From an uncultured Eubacteriales bacterium (GTDB taxonomy: Bacteria; Bacillota; Clostridia; Oscillospirales; Acutalibacteraceae), in the NCBI GenBank assembly GCA_900320605.1, contig ONSY01000077.1, positions 9,035 through 73,034 of the forward strand: a stretch of DNA of 64,000 nucleotides, in the 5' to 3' direction. Position 1 is the stretch's first letter, and each line of letters begins with the position of its first letter. Below, piece after piece: positions 51,412 through 61,146 of this stretch. The notes beneath the pieces were generated by a model. That model had not been told where the DNA came from. It saw only the letters and a program-made list of their open reading frames with translations, and did no database searches. Position numbers and translations under genes: made by a program.

Positions 51412-54117
51412 ATGCTGAGTAAAATAAAAAAAAGCATAAAAACAACATACTTTGCCGCAGCGGGGCTTACGTTTCTGCTGGGGCTTGTTGTTTTTGCGGT
51501 TTTTTCAGCATTTCCTTTTGCAAAAAGGACGATTGCCTGGTGCGATATGAAGCAGCAGGTTATTCCTCTGATGTTGGAATTCCGTCAGATTCTTCTTGGT
51601 GATGGCGATTTCTTTTTGAATCTGCAAAATGCAGGCGGAATGTCTTTTTACAGCATATTCTTTTTCTTTTTATCCAGTCCGCTTTCTTTTTTAGTGCTTT
51701 TAATCCGCCCTGCCGCTCTGTACAGTGTGATCAATTTATTTGTTCTTGTAAAACTCTCAGCTTCTGCGGCAACGGCATCACTGTATTTCAATAAGGCAAT
51801 GACCGGGCTTGATTTTGCTCAGAATACTGCGCTTTCAGTGATGTATGGATTCTGCGGGTACGGACTCCTTTATTTCCAGAATCTAGTGTGGCTTGATGCA
51901 ATGATTCTGTTTCCGCTTCTGCTTCTTTCGATTCGCAGAGTTTTTAACAATCGGAAAATAGACGCCTTGATTGCATCGTTATCCTCGATGCTGGTTCTAA
52001 GCTTCTATTTAAGCTATATGGTTGTTCTATTTCTTATTCTTGCCTGTGTTATTTATTCTTTCTTCTGTTACCGGAGAAGTATTCGGGCGAGAAATCTTCA
52101 TCTGATTGCGATTGGTACCATATGCTCTTTTTTGCTGACAGCAGTGGTTTGGCTCCCGCAGCTCTTTTCTTTCCTGCGATCTTCTCGCGGACGTGATATA
52201 CTCACATCTATTACTTCCGGCGGCCCGATGACTCACTGGGAAACAACTTTGATGATGCTGTTCTGTTCATCCGGGGTGTTTGCCGGACTGATCCTTTTTT
52301 TATTCGTTAGACCGGCGTCTTCCCGACGGACCGCCTCGCTTGGACTGATCCTTTGTTTGCTGACTATCCCGCTTATTTATGATCCGATCAATAAAATGTG
52401 GCATACAGGAAGTTACCAGGCATTCCCATCACGATATGGTTTCATGACAGGTTTTATAGGACTGGCTATTGCAGGAGAGGCGATTCTATCCGCTTCAAAA
52501 CGTAATGAACGTCTTGAAAATCCAGAACGGCACTCGAATCATGTATTTATAGATTATATTTGTGAACTCCTGATTGTTATTGCTGCGGCGATCGGTGGGG
52601 GAGTGCTTTTTGAGAAGCGTGAGGCGCTTTCGTCCTATGTACACACTCTGTGGATGAGTACGGAAGGTTTTCTCGAGTATTTAAAATTCTTTATTCCGCT
52701 GCTTCTTGCTTTTTTCGTGGTTTTTGTCTGCTATTCAAGAGGATTGCTGCGGCGTGAGCGTTTCGGACTGATGATTTGTACTCTTGCTTCAATACAGGCA
52801 GTATTCTGCGGAGGCGTCTTTATGGGGTTTGTCTCGAACGATGTATCTTTCAATGAGGAGTTGATGACACTTTCTGGCCTGGTATCAGATAAAAACCTGT
52901 ATCGAGTTAAACAGTATGAAAAAAACTTTGATGTTAACCTGGTAGGTGCGCTTGGATATCCCTCACTTTCACATTATACCTCCTTCACAGACAGAGATTA
53001 TCAGTCTTTTGTCAGGAATATGGGATACTCCGGTTACTGGATGGAAGTATCCTCCTGCGGGGGAACTAAGTTTTCCGATTATATTTTGGGAAACCGCTAT
53101 ACGATTTATCCCACGTGGAAAATCCAGGATCAGGCTGTAATCTATATGACGGATCGTTTTGCGTTCTGTATGACTTCACCTGGTGCCGGATTAACGCGTG
53201 TGTTTCGTATCGGTGATCTGAAGAGTGCGGCTTCATTGACACGTACAGACCGAATTCTCAAGCAGAACAGAATGTACCGAATTCTCTCCGGAGATGAAGA
53301 AAATCTGATCGCGAAGATTCGGCCAAGTGCCACCTCGAACGTTACAATGATTGAGGAGGAGATTAAAACTGTTTCCAGAATAGACGGGAACCTGGCGGGT
53401 GTCATTTCTTATCACCGAAGTGTTGAAGGGAAAAAAACACTTTATTTTGATTTGTTTCATCAGGTTTCAACCAGACTTCGTGAACAAATCAATGCTTCAT
53501 GCAATATCTATTTAAACGGAGAACTCTTGATAGAAGAATATCCAACCCAGCGGAATAATGGTATTTTAGAGCTCGGTACTTTTGAAAATGAGGATGTCAG
53601 AATTGATGTTGAGGTATTAAAGGATATCAATGCAACTTCATTCGGGCTGTATGAACTCGATGATGATCGGCTGGAGCAGTTCATGAGTTTTTCTTCCGGT
53701 CCTCGCGCTATACAACGCGGCAATACAATTGAAATAGAGGCGGATAGTGATGGAGAGGAGTATCTGCTTCTGTCAATGCCGTATTTACATGGTTACAGCG
53801 CAAAGGTGAACGGTACGAAAAAGGAGATAGAAGTTGTTTTCGACGATCTTATGTCGGTACGTCTCGAAAAAGGGAAGAATAATATTGTTTTTTCCTATAT
53901 TCCGGAAGGTTTTATTCCAGGGCTTGTTATATCATCTGTATGTTGTATCATTTTAATCATTCTTATTCTATTGCGAAAAAAGCTGGATTTCGACTTGCTG
54001 CAAAAACTGGATTGTCTGCGCTATATTACATATTATCTCTATTGTGCTCTGTTCTGTATCGTTCTTTGTGTTCTTTATTTCCTACCAGTTATTCTCCGAT
54101 TCATGGTTGACAAATGA
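51412..54117 (+). CDS. YfhO-family polytopic membrane protein (putative glycosyltransferase)
   Basis: 901 aa; multi-TM N-terminal part, extracytoplasmic domain, C-terminal TM helices; N-terminal layout typical of YfhO. Confidence 0.7.
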   Translation: MLSKIKKSIKTTYFAAAGLTFLLGLVVFAVFSAFPFAKRTIAWCDMKQQVIPLMLEFRQILLGDGDFFLNLQNAGGMSFYSIFFFFLSSPLSFLVLLIRPAALYSVINLFVLVKLSASAATASLYFNKAMTGLDFAQNTALSVMYGFCGYGLLYFQNLVWLDAMILFPLLLLSIRRVFNNRKIDALIASLSSMLVLSFYLSYMVVLFLILACVIYSFFCYRRSIRARNLHLIAIGTICSFLLTAVVWLPQLFSFLRSSRGRDILTSITSGGPMTHWETTLMMLFCSSGVFAGLILFLFVRPASSRRTASLGLILCLLTIPLIYDPINKMWHTGSYQAFPSRYGFMTGFIGLAIAGEAILSASKRNERLENPERHSNHVFIDYICELLIVIAAAIGGGVLFEKREALSSYVHTLWMSTEGFLEYLKFFIPLLLAFFVVFVCYSRGLLRRERFGLMICTLASIQAVFCGGVFMGFVSNDVSFNEELMTLSGLVSDKNLYRVKQYEKNFDVNLVGALGYPSLSHYTSFTDRDYQSFVRNMGYSGYWMEVSSCGGTKFSDYILGNRYTIYPTWKIQDQAVIYMTDRFAFCMTSPGAGLTRVFRIGDLKSAASLTRTDRILKQNRMYRILSGDEENLIAKIRPSATSNVTMIEEEIKTVSRIDGNLAGVISYHRSVEGKKTLYFDLFHQVSTRLREQINASCNIYLNGELLIEEYPTQRNNGILELGTFENEDVRIDVEVLKDINATSFGLYELDDDRLEQFMSFSSGPRAIQRGNTIEIEADSDGEEYLLLSMPYLHGYSAKVNGTKKEIEVVFDDLMSVRLEKGKNNIVFSYIPEGFIPGLVISSVCCIILIILILLRKKLDFDLLQKLDCLRYITYYLYCALFCIVLCVLYFLPVILRFMVDK

Positions 54118-54147
54118 AAACCTACGTGATAAAATAACCGTAGATTT

Positions 54148-54224
54148 TCGGATGTGGCGCAGTTTGGTAGCGCGCTTGAATGGGGTTCAAGAGGCCGCAA
54201 GTTCGAATCTTGTCATCCGAACCA
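54148..54224 (+). tRNA. tRNA-Pro (GGG)
   Basis: Acceptor TCGGATG/CATCCGA (U1-A72), U8, D-stem GCGC/GCGC, anticodon stem CTTGA/TCAAG with loop ATGGGGT, T-loop TTCGAAT, encoded CCA. Confidence 0.88.
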
Positions 54225-54365
54225 AAAGGATCGAATCTGTCCGTGTTGGCAGGTTTGATCCTTTTTTCATTTCCGTTATTAATAAATAGACTCGTGAAAT
54301 AAAACAGTATTAGCTTGTAACTGATGACGCACAGAAATATGAAAGTGAATTATACAAACTTTTAA

Positions 54366-54394
54366 TTGAAAAAAATATAGTAATATGGTATACT
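54366..54394 (+). promoter_or_regulatory. fucO promoter
   Basis: TTGAAA, 17-nt spacer ending in TGG, then TATACT. Confidence 0.55.
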
Positions 54395-54435
54395 GACATT
54401 AATAAATATTTAACAATCTTCAGGAGGAAATTCCA

Positions 54436-55584
54436 ATGGCAAACCGAATTGTTTTAAACACCATATCCTATCACGGCCACGGAGCTATTGAAAACATTGT
54501 TCCGGAGTTGGTGAACCGTGGATTTAAAAAAGCTTTTGTTACTTCTGACGCTTCACTGATTGAATTCGGTGTTACCAAGAAAGTAACGGATCTGCTTGAT
54601 GAAGCGAATTTTGCGTATAGTATTTACAGCGATATCAAACCTAATCCTACAATTGAAAATGTTCAGAATGGTGTAGAGGCATTTCATTCTGCCGACGCTG
54701 ACTGTATTATTGCAATTGGCGGAGGCTCCTCAATGGATACCGCGAAAGCAATCGGAATTATCGTTGAAAACCCGGAATTCTCTGATGTCCGCTCTCTCGA
54801 AGGGGTCGCACCGACAAAAAATCACGCTGTGTTTACAATTGCGGTTCCGACGACTGCTGGAACGGCTGCAGAGGTAACAATCAATTATGTCATCACTGAC
54901 GTTGAGAAGAAACGTAAGTTTGTCTGTGTTGACACAAACGATATTCCTGAAATAGCTGTCGTGGATCCGGATATGATGAGCTCGATGCCGAAAAGCCTTA
55001 CTGCTGCGACCGGAATGGATGCGCTGACACATGCTATTGAAGGTTATATCACAAAAGGAGCCTGCGCGATTTCAGATATGTTCCATCTGGAAGCGATTCG
55101 TTTGATCGCGGCAAATCTTCGCAGTGCGGTTGAAAACAAGCCAGAAGGCCGAGAAGGTATGGCACTAGGTCAGTATATTGCAGGTATGGGTTTCTCCAAC
55201 GTCGGACTCGGAATTGTTCATTCTATGGCGCATGGCCTTTCTGCACTTTATGATACTCCTCACGGTGTTGCCTGCGCGATTCTTCTCCCGGTCGGACTTG
55301 AATATAACAAACCGGTCTCATTAACTCGCTACCGCGCAATTGGAAAAGCGATGGAAGTGCCCGGAATAGACCGTATGGATGATGCTGCGGCTGCTGATGC
55401 GACGATCGCTGCGGTAAGAAAGCTTTCTTCTGATGTTGGGATTCCTGGAAATCTCAAAGGTATTCTTAAAGAGGAAGATATCCAGTTCCTTTCTGAGTCT
55501 GCTTTTGCTGATGCATGCCGCCCCGGCAATCCGAGAGATACCAGTATAGAAGAAATCGCGGAGCTCTACAGAAGTCAGCTATAA
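54436..55584 (+). CDS. fucO: Iron-containing alcohol dehydrogenase, lactaldehyde reductase-like
   Basis: 382 aa; MANRIVLN...KPNPTIENV...IAIGGGSSMDTAK is colinear with E. coli FucO (also 382 aa). Confidence 0.85.
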   Translation: MANRIVLNTISYHGHGAIENIVPELVNRGFKKAFVTSDASLIEFGVTKKVTDLLDEANFAYSIYSDIKPNPTIENVQNGVEAFHSADADCIIAIGGGSSMDTAKAIGIIVENPEFSDVRSLEGVAPTKNHAVFTIAVPTTAGTAAEVTINYVITDVEKKRKFVCVDTNDIPEIAVVDPDMMSSMPKSLTAATGMDALTHAIEGYITKGACAISDMFHLEAIRLIAANLRSAVENKPEGREGMALGQYIAGMGFSNVGLGIVHSMAHGLSALYDTPHGVACAILLPVGLEYNKPVSLTRYRAIGKAMEVPGIDRMDDAAAADATIAAVRKLSSDVGIPGNLKGILKEEDIQFLSESAFADACRPGNPRDTSIEEIAELYRSQL

Positions 55585-55615
55585 TACTTTTACCATTTAT
55601 TTGTGGTGTTTATAT

Positions 55616-55656
55616 CAAGAAGCGGAAGGTTTATTTCCTTTCGCTTCTTGTATTTT
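55616..55656 (+). terminator. Rho-independent terminator after fucO
   Basis: CAAGAAGCGGAAGG / CCTTTCGCTTCTTG 14-bp stem (one G-U pair) followed by TATTTT. Confidence 0.8.
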
Positions 55657-55681
55657 ACGAGAAGAATTCATCAGCAGTTTC

Positions 55682-55710
55682 TTTACAATAAGATCAAATC
55701 GTTGTAATAT
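55682..55710 (+). promoter_or_regulatory. Promoter of the uncharacterised membrane operon
   Basis: TTTACA, 17-nt spacer, TAATAT. Confidence 0.5.
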
Positions 55711-55741
55711 TAATTCATGAGAATTACAAAGGGGCGGGACA

Positions 55742-56743
55742 ATGCTGATCATCTGTTCAATCGCTCATTTATTGACGGATGCCGTCTGTGCCGCGACGCT
55801 TTTCGGCCAAATGAACACCCGGTCTGATTTTTACATGCTTCTGATTGTATATAACACACTTGCATTTTCTACTCAGGCTATTGTGGGGATAATCGCTGAC
55901 CGATGGCAGAAAGTCCAGTGGTTGTGCGGAAGCGGTGCAATGATATTGGTCGTTCTTGGCTTTTTTATTCCAGGAAACGTTTATTTGAAAACTGTACTGA
56001 TCGGTTTTGGAAACAGCGTATTTCACGTTTCCTGCGGACAGATTGTCTTGATCAGAAGCAGTGGAAAAGCTATCAGCCTTGGCGTTTTCGTAGCGCCTGG
56101 AGCAATCGGTCTTTCAATCGGAACACTATTCCCTGAATATGGTTCATACTATTCTTTCGCCTTACTTATTGCTTCGGCGGCAATGATATTTATTTCATGC
56201 AGGGGAACTGTTTTTACAGCAGAAAAAATCGATGAACCGGAAAAACCGGTATTACCGGTAATTCTGCTTACGCTTGCTGTTGCAGTACGTGCAATCGGAG
56301 GCGGAGCGGTTCATTTCCCATGGAAAAACGGCGCAATGCTTTCTATCCTGTTGACGTGTGTTGTATTTGCCGGTAAGTTTTCCGGTGGCTTTCTGTGTCA
56401 GGCAATTGGACCAAAACGTTCGGCGATTCTGTCCCTTCTTGTTGCGCTTCCGCTAGTTTTATTTGCCGGTAATTGGATCATTCCTTCTGTGATCGGACAG
56501 TTTGCACTCAATCTTACGATGCCGGTAACGCTTTGGCTTTTGTACCTGGAAATGCCCTCCTCACCAGGATTCGCGTTTGGCCTTGCTGCATCGGCTTTAT
56601 GGCCGGGAACACTGATTGGCGGAATATTAAAACTGGAAGGATTTTTGCAGCAGTTCGTCGTAGGATTCTGTTTTCTCTTTGCGCTGTTTGCGGTCGTTTT
56701 TGCCGTTCATCATCTTAATAACGGAAAGGGGTGCTCCTTATGA
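55742..56743 (+). CDS. Compact 12-TM membrane protein, distantly MFS-like
   Basis: 333 aa; about 12 hydrophobic segments with a central charged linker (AEKIDEPEKP); IADRW loop after TM2 resembles MFS motif A. No family recognised. Confidence 0.65.
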   Translation: MLIICSIAHLLTDAVCAATLFGQMNTRSDFYMLLIVYNTLAFSTQAIVGIIADRWQKVQWLCGSGAMILVVLGFFIPGNVYLKTVLIGFGNSVFHVSCGQIVLIRSSGKAISLGVFVAPGAIGLSIGTLFPEYGSYYSFALLIASAAMIFISCRGTVFTAEKIDEPEKPVLPVILLTLAVAVRAIGGGAVHFPWKNGAMLSILLTCVVFAGKFSGGFLCQAIGPKRSAILSLLVALPLVLFAGNWIIPSVIGQFALNLTMPVTLWLLYLEMPSSPGFAFGLAASALWPGTLIGGILKLEGFLQQFVVGFCFLFALFAVVFAVHHLNNGKGCSL

Positions 56744-56943
56744 AAAAGCTTCGGATTCTTCTTTGGTCGGCGCTGATCGCGCTCTTCGGTACAGTCGGCG
56801 TTTCTGCCGATGTCCCTTCCGAACCGTTTTTTTATCAAACGGATCATACATCCGTCATTTTACTTTCGATCGCTCTTGGGCTGATCCTCTCAGCGATCGG
56901 TGTTGCAATCTGGATTCTGGTTCGCGCGGGACGGAAGAAATAA
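56740..56943 (+). CDS. 67-aa signal-peptide plus C-terminal TM-anchor mini-protein
   Basis: ATGA overlap with the upstream stop; SD GGAAAGGGG. MKKLRILLWSALIALFGTVGVSA/DVPSEPFFYQTDHTS, then TM (VILLSIALGLILSAIGVAIWILV), then RAGRKK. Confidence 0.6.
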   Translation: MKKLRILLWSALIALFGTVGVSADVPSEPFFYQTDHTSVILLSIALGLILSAIGVAIWILVRAGRKK

Positions 56944-56959
56944 CGAAAGATATTTACCC

Positions 56960-57173
56960 ATGAAATAAAGCGGATTATTCACTGATCGGGACTGATCGCG
57001 CTCTTCGGCGCAGCGGGAGTCTCCGCCGATGTTGTACGCCGGTTTCCTTTTTGGGTTCCGGAGGTGAGAAGATTCTCTTCCTCCTTATCCTGCGGACGGT
57101 CATTCTAACAATGATCGGTCCAGTTGTCTGGATGATCCTGCGCGCGAGGAGGCGCAAATGGTTCTTCTGTTAA
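56960..57173 (+). pseudogene. Decayed tandem paralogue of the mini-protein gene
   Basis: Shares CTGATCGCGCTCTTCGG...GCCGATGT with 56782-56812 and encodes a homologous TM plus basic tail (EKILFLLILRTVILTMIGPVVWMILRARRRK) in another frame. Stops or frame changes occur in all three frames. Confidence 0.6.
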
Positions 57174-57499
57174 TTGCCTGCGCTCTGACCCTGCTGATCG
57201 AGACGCCGTTTTTGTTTCTCAGCGGATACAAACGGCATCAGATGCTGCTGTTGATCGTCTGTGTCAATCTCGCTACAAACCTGACGATGAATCTCTGCTT
57301 TCTCTTTTTCGTGCCGTTCAATGTACTTACAGTAGTGATTGCGGAAATTCTTGTTGTTTTCATTGAATTCTCCGTATATTCGGCAGCCTGGGGAAGAAAC
57401 CTCCGACTTTTCCTGCTGACTTTTATAGCGAACGCGCTCTCTTGTTTACTGGGAGTTTTCCTTATGCCTTCGATCGCAAACCTGCTCGGTATTCGATAA
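57158..57499 (+). CDS. 113-aa four-TM membrane protein with intramembrane Glu residues
   Basis: GAGGAGG 5 nt before the ATG; LLIETPFLFL and VIAEILVVFIEFSVY segments. No family recognised. Confidence 0.6.
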   Translation: MVLLLIACALTLLIETPFLFLSGYKRHQMLLLIVCVNLATNLTMNLCFLFFVPFNVLTVVIAEILVVFIEFSVYSAAWGRNLRLFLLTFIANALSCLLGVFLMPSIANLLGIR

Positions 57500-57509
57500 T
57501 TCAATAGGT

Positions 57510-57540
57510 AGAAACGCCTGCATTTCGCGGGCGTTTCTTG
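57510..57540 (+). terminator. Terminator of the membrane operon
   Basis: GAAACGCC / GGCGTTTC stem followed by a short T-rich tract. Confidence 0.6.
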
Positions 57541-57647
57541 CCGTCGGGAGAATCTTATTTTCAAGTTTACTTTACAGCGAGCTTATGATATAATTATTTT
57601 GTATTGAGTCTTTTGAAGGCAGGGCTTGCGGAAAGGAGCGGTTTGAG

Positions 57648-57842
57648 ATGGATATTCGCGTGAACGACCTTATAACCATGAAAAAGCCGCATCCCTGCGG
57701 CTCAAAGCAGTTCCTTGTACTGCGAATAGGGATGGATTTCAAGATTCGCTGTACTAAGTGCGGGCGGGAGGTTATGCTCACGCGTCAGAAATGTGAAAAG
57801 AACATTCGTGCGGTTGAGCGTTCAGAAATTACGGAGGAGTAA
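57648..57842 (+). CDS. DUF951-family small protein
   Basis: 64 aa; DLITMKKPHPCGS...KIRCTKCGREV pattern typical of DUF951. Confidence 0.7.
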   Translation: MDIRVNDLITMKKPHPCGSKQFLVLRIGMDFKIRCTKCGREVMLTRQKCEKNIRAVERSEITEE

Positions 57843-57848
57843 AGAAGC

Positions 57849-58934
57849 TTGTTTGAGAATTTAAAAGTCTTCGAAGAGCGGTATGAGGCTCTTAACGGGC
57901 GGCTCTATGATCCGTCGGTTACCGCAGATTTAAAGGCATATTCCGCGATACGTAAGGAACACAAAGAATTAGAACCGCTGGTATTAAAATATCGGGAATA
58001 TTGTAAACTGGAGAAGGAATTGTCCGATCTTGCCGTTATGGTACAGACAGAAAAAGATGAAGAACTGCGAGAGCTTGCGGCTGAAGAGCATACGGAAACA
58101 AAAGAAAGACTTGAACGCTGTGAGCATGAAATCCGTGTTCTTCTGATTCCTAAGGATCCGAATGACGATAAAAATGTAATCATGGAGATTCGTGCGGGTG
58201 CCGGCGGTGAGGAAGCGGCTCTTTTTGCTTCGGTATTATACCGTATGTACTCGCTGTACGCTGCATCTAAGGGGTGGCAGATTGAGACAGTTTTTGAGAA
58301 TGAAACGGAACTTGGTGGATACCGTGGTATTGAGTTTATCATAAGCGGTGACGGTGCATATTCGCGTTTAAAATACGAAAGCGGTGTTCATCGTGTTCAG
58401 AGAGTTCCGGAAACAGAGACGCAGGGCAGAATTCATACCTCCACCTGCACTGTAGCAGTCCTTCCGGAGGTAGACGATGTGGAAGTTGAAATAAACCCCA
58501 AGGATCTTCAGATTGATACATTCCGTTCAAGCGGAGCCGGTGGTCAAAAGGTAAACAAGACTTCTTCTGCGATACGTGTAACGCATCTGCCAACTGGTAT
58601 GGTTGTGGAATGTCAGGATGAACGCAGTCAGTATAAAAACAAAGACAAGGCTCTCAAAGTCCTGCGTGCGCGTCTATATGAAAAAAGTCTGCGCGAGCAG
58701 CAGAATCAGATTTCTCAGGAAAGAAAAAGTCAGGTCGGTACAGGTGATCGTAGTGAGCGTATCCGGACTTACAACTATCCGCAGGGCAGAATTACAGATC
58801 ATCGGATTGGCTTCACGATTTATCGTCTGGAGGATTTCCTGTCAGGAAATATCGATGAGGTTATCGATGCTCTGATTGCTCATGATCGTTCAGAAAAGAT
58901 GGAGGACCGTATAGACAGAGAAAACGGAATCTAA
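57849..58934 (+). CDS. prfA: Peptide chain release factor 1
   Basis: TTG start 9 nt after GGAGGAG; PET tripeptide ([13 protein letters not shown]) and GGQ ([11 protein letters not shown]). Confidence 0.95.
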   Translation: MFENLKVFEERYEALNGRLYDPSVTADLKAYSAIRKEHKELEPLVLKYREYCKLEKELSDLAVMVQTEKDEELRELAAEEHTETKERLERCEHEIRVLLIPKDPNDDKNVIMEIRAGAGGEEAALFASVLYRMYSLYAASKGWQIETVFENETELGGYRGIEFIISGDGAYSRLKYESGVHRVQRVPETETQGRIHTSTCTVAVLPEVDDVEVEINPKDLQIDTFRSSGAGGQKVNKTSSAIRVTHLPTGMVVECQDERSQYKNKDKALKVLRARLYEKSLREQQNQISQERKSQVGTGDRSERIRTYNYPQGRITDHRIGFTIYRLEDFLSGNIDEVIDALIAHDRSEKMEDRIDRENGI

Positions 58935-58935
58935 T

Positions 58936-59955
58936 ATGAAAACTGAATTTTTCCATGAGCCGGACGCGAAGGCTATTGCGCGTGCCGGTGAAATACTTCG
59001 TTCTGGCGGCCTTGTGGCTATTCCGACAGAGACTGTCTACGGGTTAGCTGCAAACGCCTATGATGCAGAGGCAGTAAAGAATATTTTTATTGCAAAAGGA
59101 CGTCCCGGTGACAATCCTCTTATTGTACATATAGCCGATCTATCTGAGTTGAAACCTCTGGTAAGGTCTGTTCCCGAAAGCGCCAAGCAACTTGCCGCGG
59201 CATTCTGGCCGGGGCCGCTTACGATGATTCTTCCAAAATCAGATCGTGTTCCGTATGAAGTGACGGCAGGGCTTGAAACTGTTGCGGTACGTTTTCCTTC
59301 GCATCCTGTCGCAAACGCAATCATCAGAGCAGCCGGTCTTCCGCTTGCGGCGCCGAGTGCCAATCTATCTGGAAAGCCAAGCCCGACGAATGCGCTGCAT
59401 GTTTATGAGGATATGAATGGCCGCATTGACGCGATTGTTGATGGAGGTGACTGCCATTTCGGTGTGGAATCGACCGTAATAACCCTGGCCGGTGAGAAAC
59501 CTCGTCTGTTACGTCCCGGTGCTGTTACTCTCGAGATGCTTCGGGCAGTGATCGGAGAAGTTGAAATGGACTCAGCCGTGATTGAACCGCTCGCTGAGGG
59601 TGAGGTCGCTGCGTCACCGGGGATGAAATACAAACATTACTCTCCGAAGGCTGAAGTATACGTTTTGTCTGGAAGTCCAGAAGCATTTATTCGTTATATC
59701 AATTCACATTGTGACGAAAAAACTGCGGCACTCTGTTATGATGAAGAAGCCAATAAAATTAACTGTGCGACAATTCCGATTGGAAAAGAGTTCGATTTTT
59801 CTTACCAAGCCCATCTCCTCTTCAACTCACTGAGAAGGTGCGATGAATTGGGGATGAAGCGTGTTTATGCCCATATTCCCCGCAGGGATGGCGTAAGCCT
59901 TGCTATATATAACCGCCTGATGCGGGCGGCGGGTTTTAAGGTGATTTATGTCTGA
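58936..59955 (+). CDS. tsaC: L-threonylcarbamoyladenylate synthase (Sua5/YwlC type)
   Basis: IPTETVYGLAANA, KGRPGDNPLIVH, SANLSGKPSPT and a C-terminal Sua5 domain. Confidence 0.9.
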   Translation: MKTEFFHEPDAKAIARAGEILRSGGLVAIPTETVYGLAANAYDAEAVKNIFIAKGRPGDNPLIVHIADLSELKPLVRSVPESAKQLAAAFWPGPLTMILPKSDRVPYEVTAGLETVAVRFPSHPVANAIIRAAGLPLAAPSANLSGKPSPTNALHVYEDMNGRIDAIVDGGDCHFGVESTVITLAGEKPRLLRPGAVTLEMLRAVIGEVEMDSAVIEPLAEGEVAASPGMKYKHYSPKAEVYVLSGSPEAFIRYINSHCDEKTAALCYDEEANKINCATIPIGKEFDFSYQAHLLFNSLRRCDELGMKRVYAHIPRRDGVSLAIYNRLMRAAGFKVIYV

Positions 59956-60553
59956 GAACAGAAGGCGAATTATTGGCGTTACCGGTCCTACCGGGGCAGG
60001 AAAAAGCACTGTGGTTGCAGTATTGAAAAAATCGTTTGGATTTCGTGCGATTGATACGGACAAGCTTGCGCGCTTGGCTGTTAATGATAAGAACTGTGCC
60101 TTATCCCTGAAAAAAGCCTTCGGTAATGATATCTACGAAAAAGACGGCAGTCTGAATCGTGCGTTGCTCGCTTCACGTGCGTTCCAGAATGATGAAAAAA
60201 CTGCTCTGTTAAATTCAATTACTCATCCAGTTATTATTCAGATGCTTCTGGAAGAAATTGAAAACGCTCCGGATGATGTGACACAATTCGTTATTGATGT
60301 CCCGCTTCTGTATGAATCCGGTCTCGATAAAATCTGTGATTTCGTTTTCGCTGTAGCTGCACCGTATCAGACACGCCTTTCGCGTATTAGAAAACGAGAC
60401 GGGTTAACCATCGAACAGGCAAAACTTCGAATGGCTCGCCAGAAAAAAAACAAGTTTTATGAAAGCCGTGCGGATTACGTAATCGACGGAAGATCAAGCA
60501 ATCTCGAAGAAGACATCAGAACTGCACTGTTAAAGCTTGAGGTGATCCGGTGA
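59948..60553 (+). CDS. coaE: Dephospho-CoA kinase
   Basis: IIGVTGPTGAGKST P-loop; 201 aa; overlaps tsaC by 8 nt. Confidence 0.9.
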   Translation: MSENRRRIIGVTGPTGAGKSTVVAVLKKSFGFRAIDTDKLARLAVNDKNCALSLKKAFGNDIYEKDGSLNRALLASRAFQNDEKTALLNSITHPVIIQMLLEEIENAPDDVTQFVIDVPLLYESGLDKICDFVFAVAAPYQTRLSRIRKRDGLTIEQAKLRMARQKKNKFYESRADYVIDGRSSNLEEDIRTALLKLEVIR

Positions 60554-61125
60554 GGAAGAAAAGAATATGGGTCAGGATTCTGATCCTGTTGATATGTCTG
60601 GCCGTCTGTGCCTTATTGTTTCTGAAATTCGGTTACAATCGTATGGAAAAGTCTTTCTATCCCACTGATTACGAGGACGAAGTAACGGTTATGTCAGATG
60701 AAACAGGTCTTTCAAAAGCCTTGATTTTTGCCGTTATCCGTACCGAGAGCGGATTCAACGCGGAAGCCGAGTCTCCCGCAGGAGCAATAGGCCTCATGCA
60801 GCTTCTGCCTGATTCTTTTGACTGGATTCAGCGTGTGGAAGAAGGGGAGGAAATCTATTCTCACGACGCGCTGCTGGATCCAGCAGTTAATATCCGCTAT
60901 GGATCTCTGACACTAAAATATCTACTTGACAGATTCGACGGAAATGAAAAGGCAGCTATTGCGGCATATAATGCTGGCCCGGGAAATGTCGACATATGGC
61001 TTGAAGATGAACGGTATTCAAGAGACGGTAAAAATCTTGACGAGATTCCGTTCGACGAAACCAGAAGCTATGTATCAAAAGTTCTGGCTGCCAAGGACAA
61101 ATATGAAAATCTATATCAGTTTTAA
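60550..61125 (+). CDS. Membrane-anchored lytic transglycosylase (SLT domain)
   Basis: N-terminal TM helix; AVIRTESGFNAEAESPAGAIGLMQL and AAYNAGPGNV motifs. Confidence 0.85.
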   Translation: MRKKRIWVRILILLICLAVCALLFLKFGYNRMEKSFYPTDYEDEVTVMSDETGLSKALIFAVIRTESGFNAEAESPAGAIGLMQLLPDSFDWIQRVEEGEEIYSHDALLDPAVNIRYGSLTLKYLLDRFDGNEKAAIAAYNAGPGNVDIWLEDERYSRDGKNLDEIPFDETRSYVSKVLAAKDKYENLYQF

Positions 61126-61146
61126 TATAACAAAGGAGTAATGAAA

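Noticed and set aside
56960-57173. Considered TGA read as Trp (alternative code) or Sec to rescue the second mini-protein copy
   Set aside because: TGA is used as a normal stop by many conserved genes in this window (for example rplU and the 12-TM gene). The copy also needs two frame changes. No SECIS-like context was evident.
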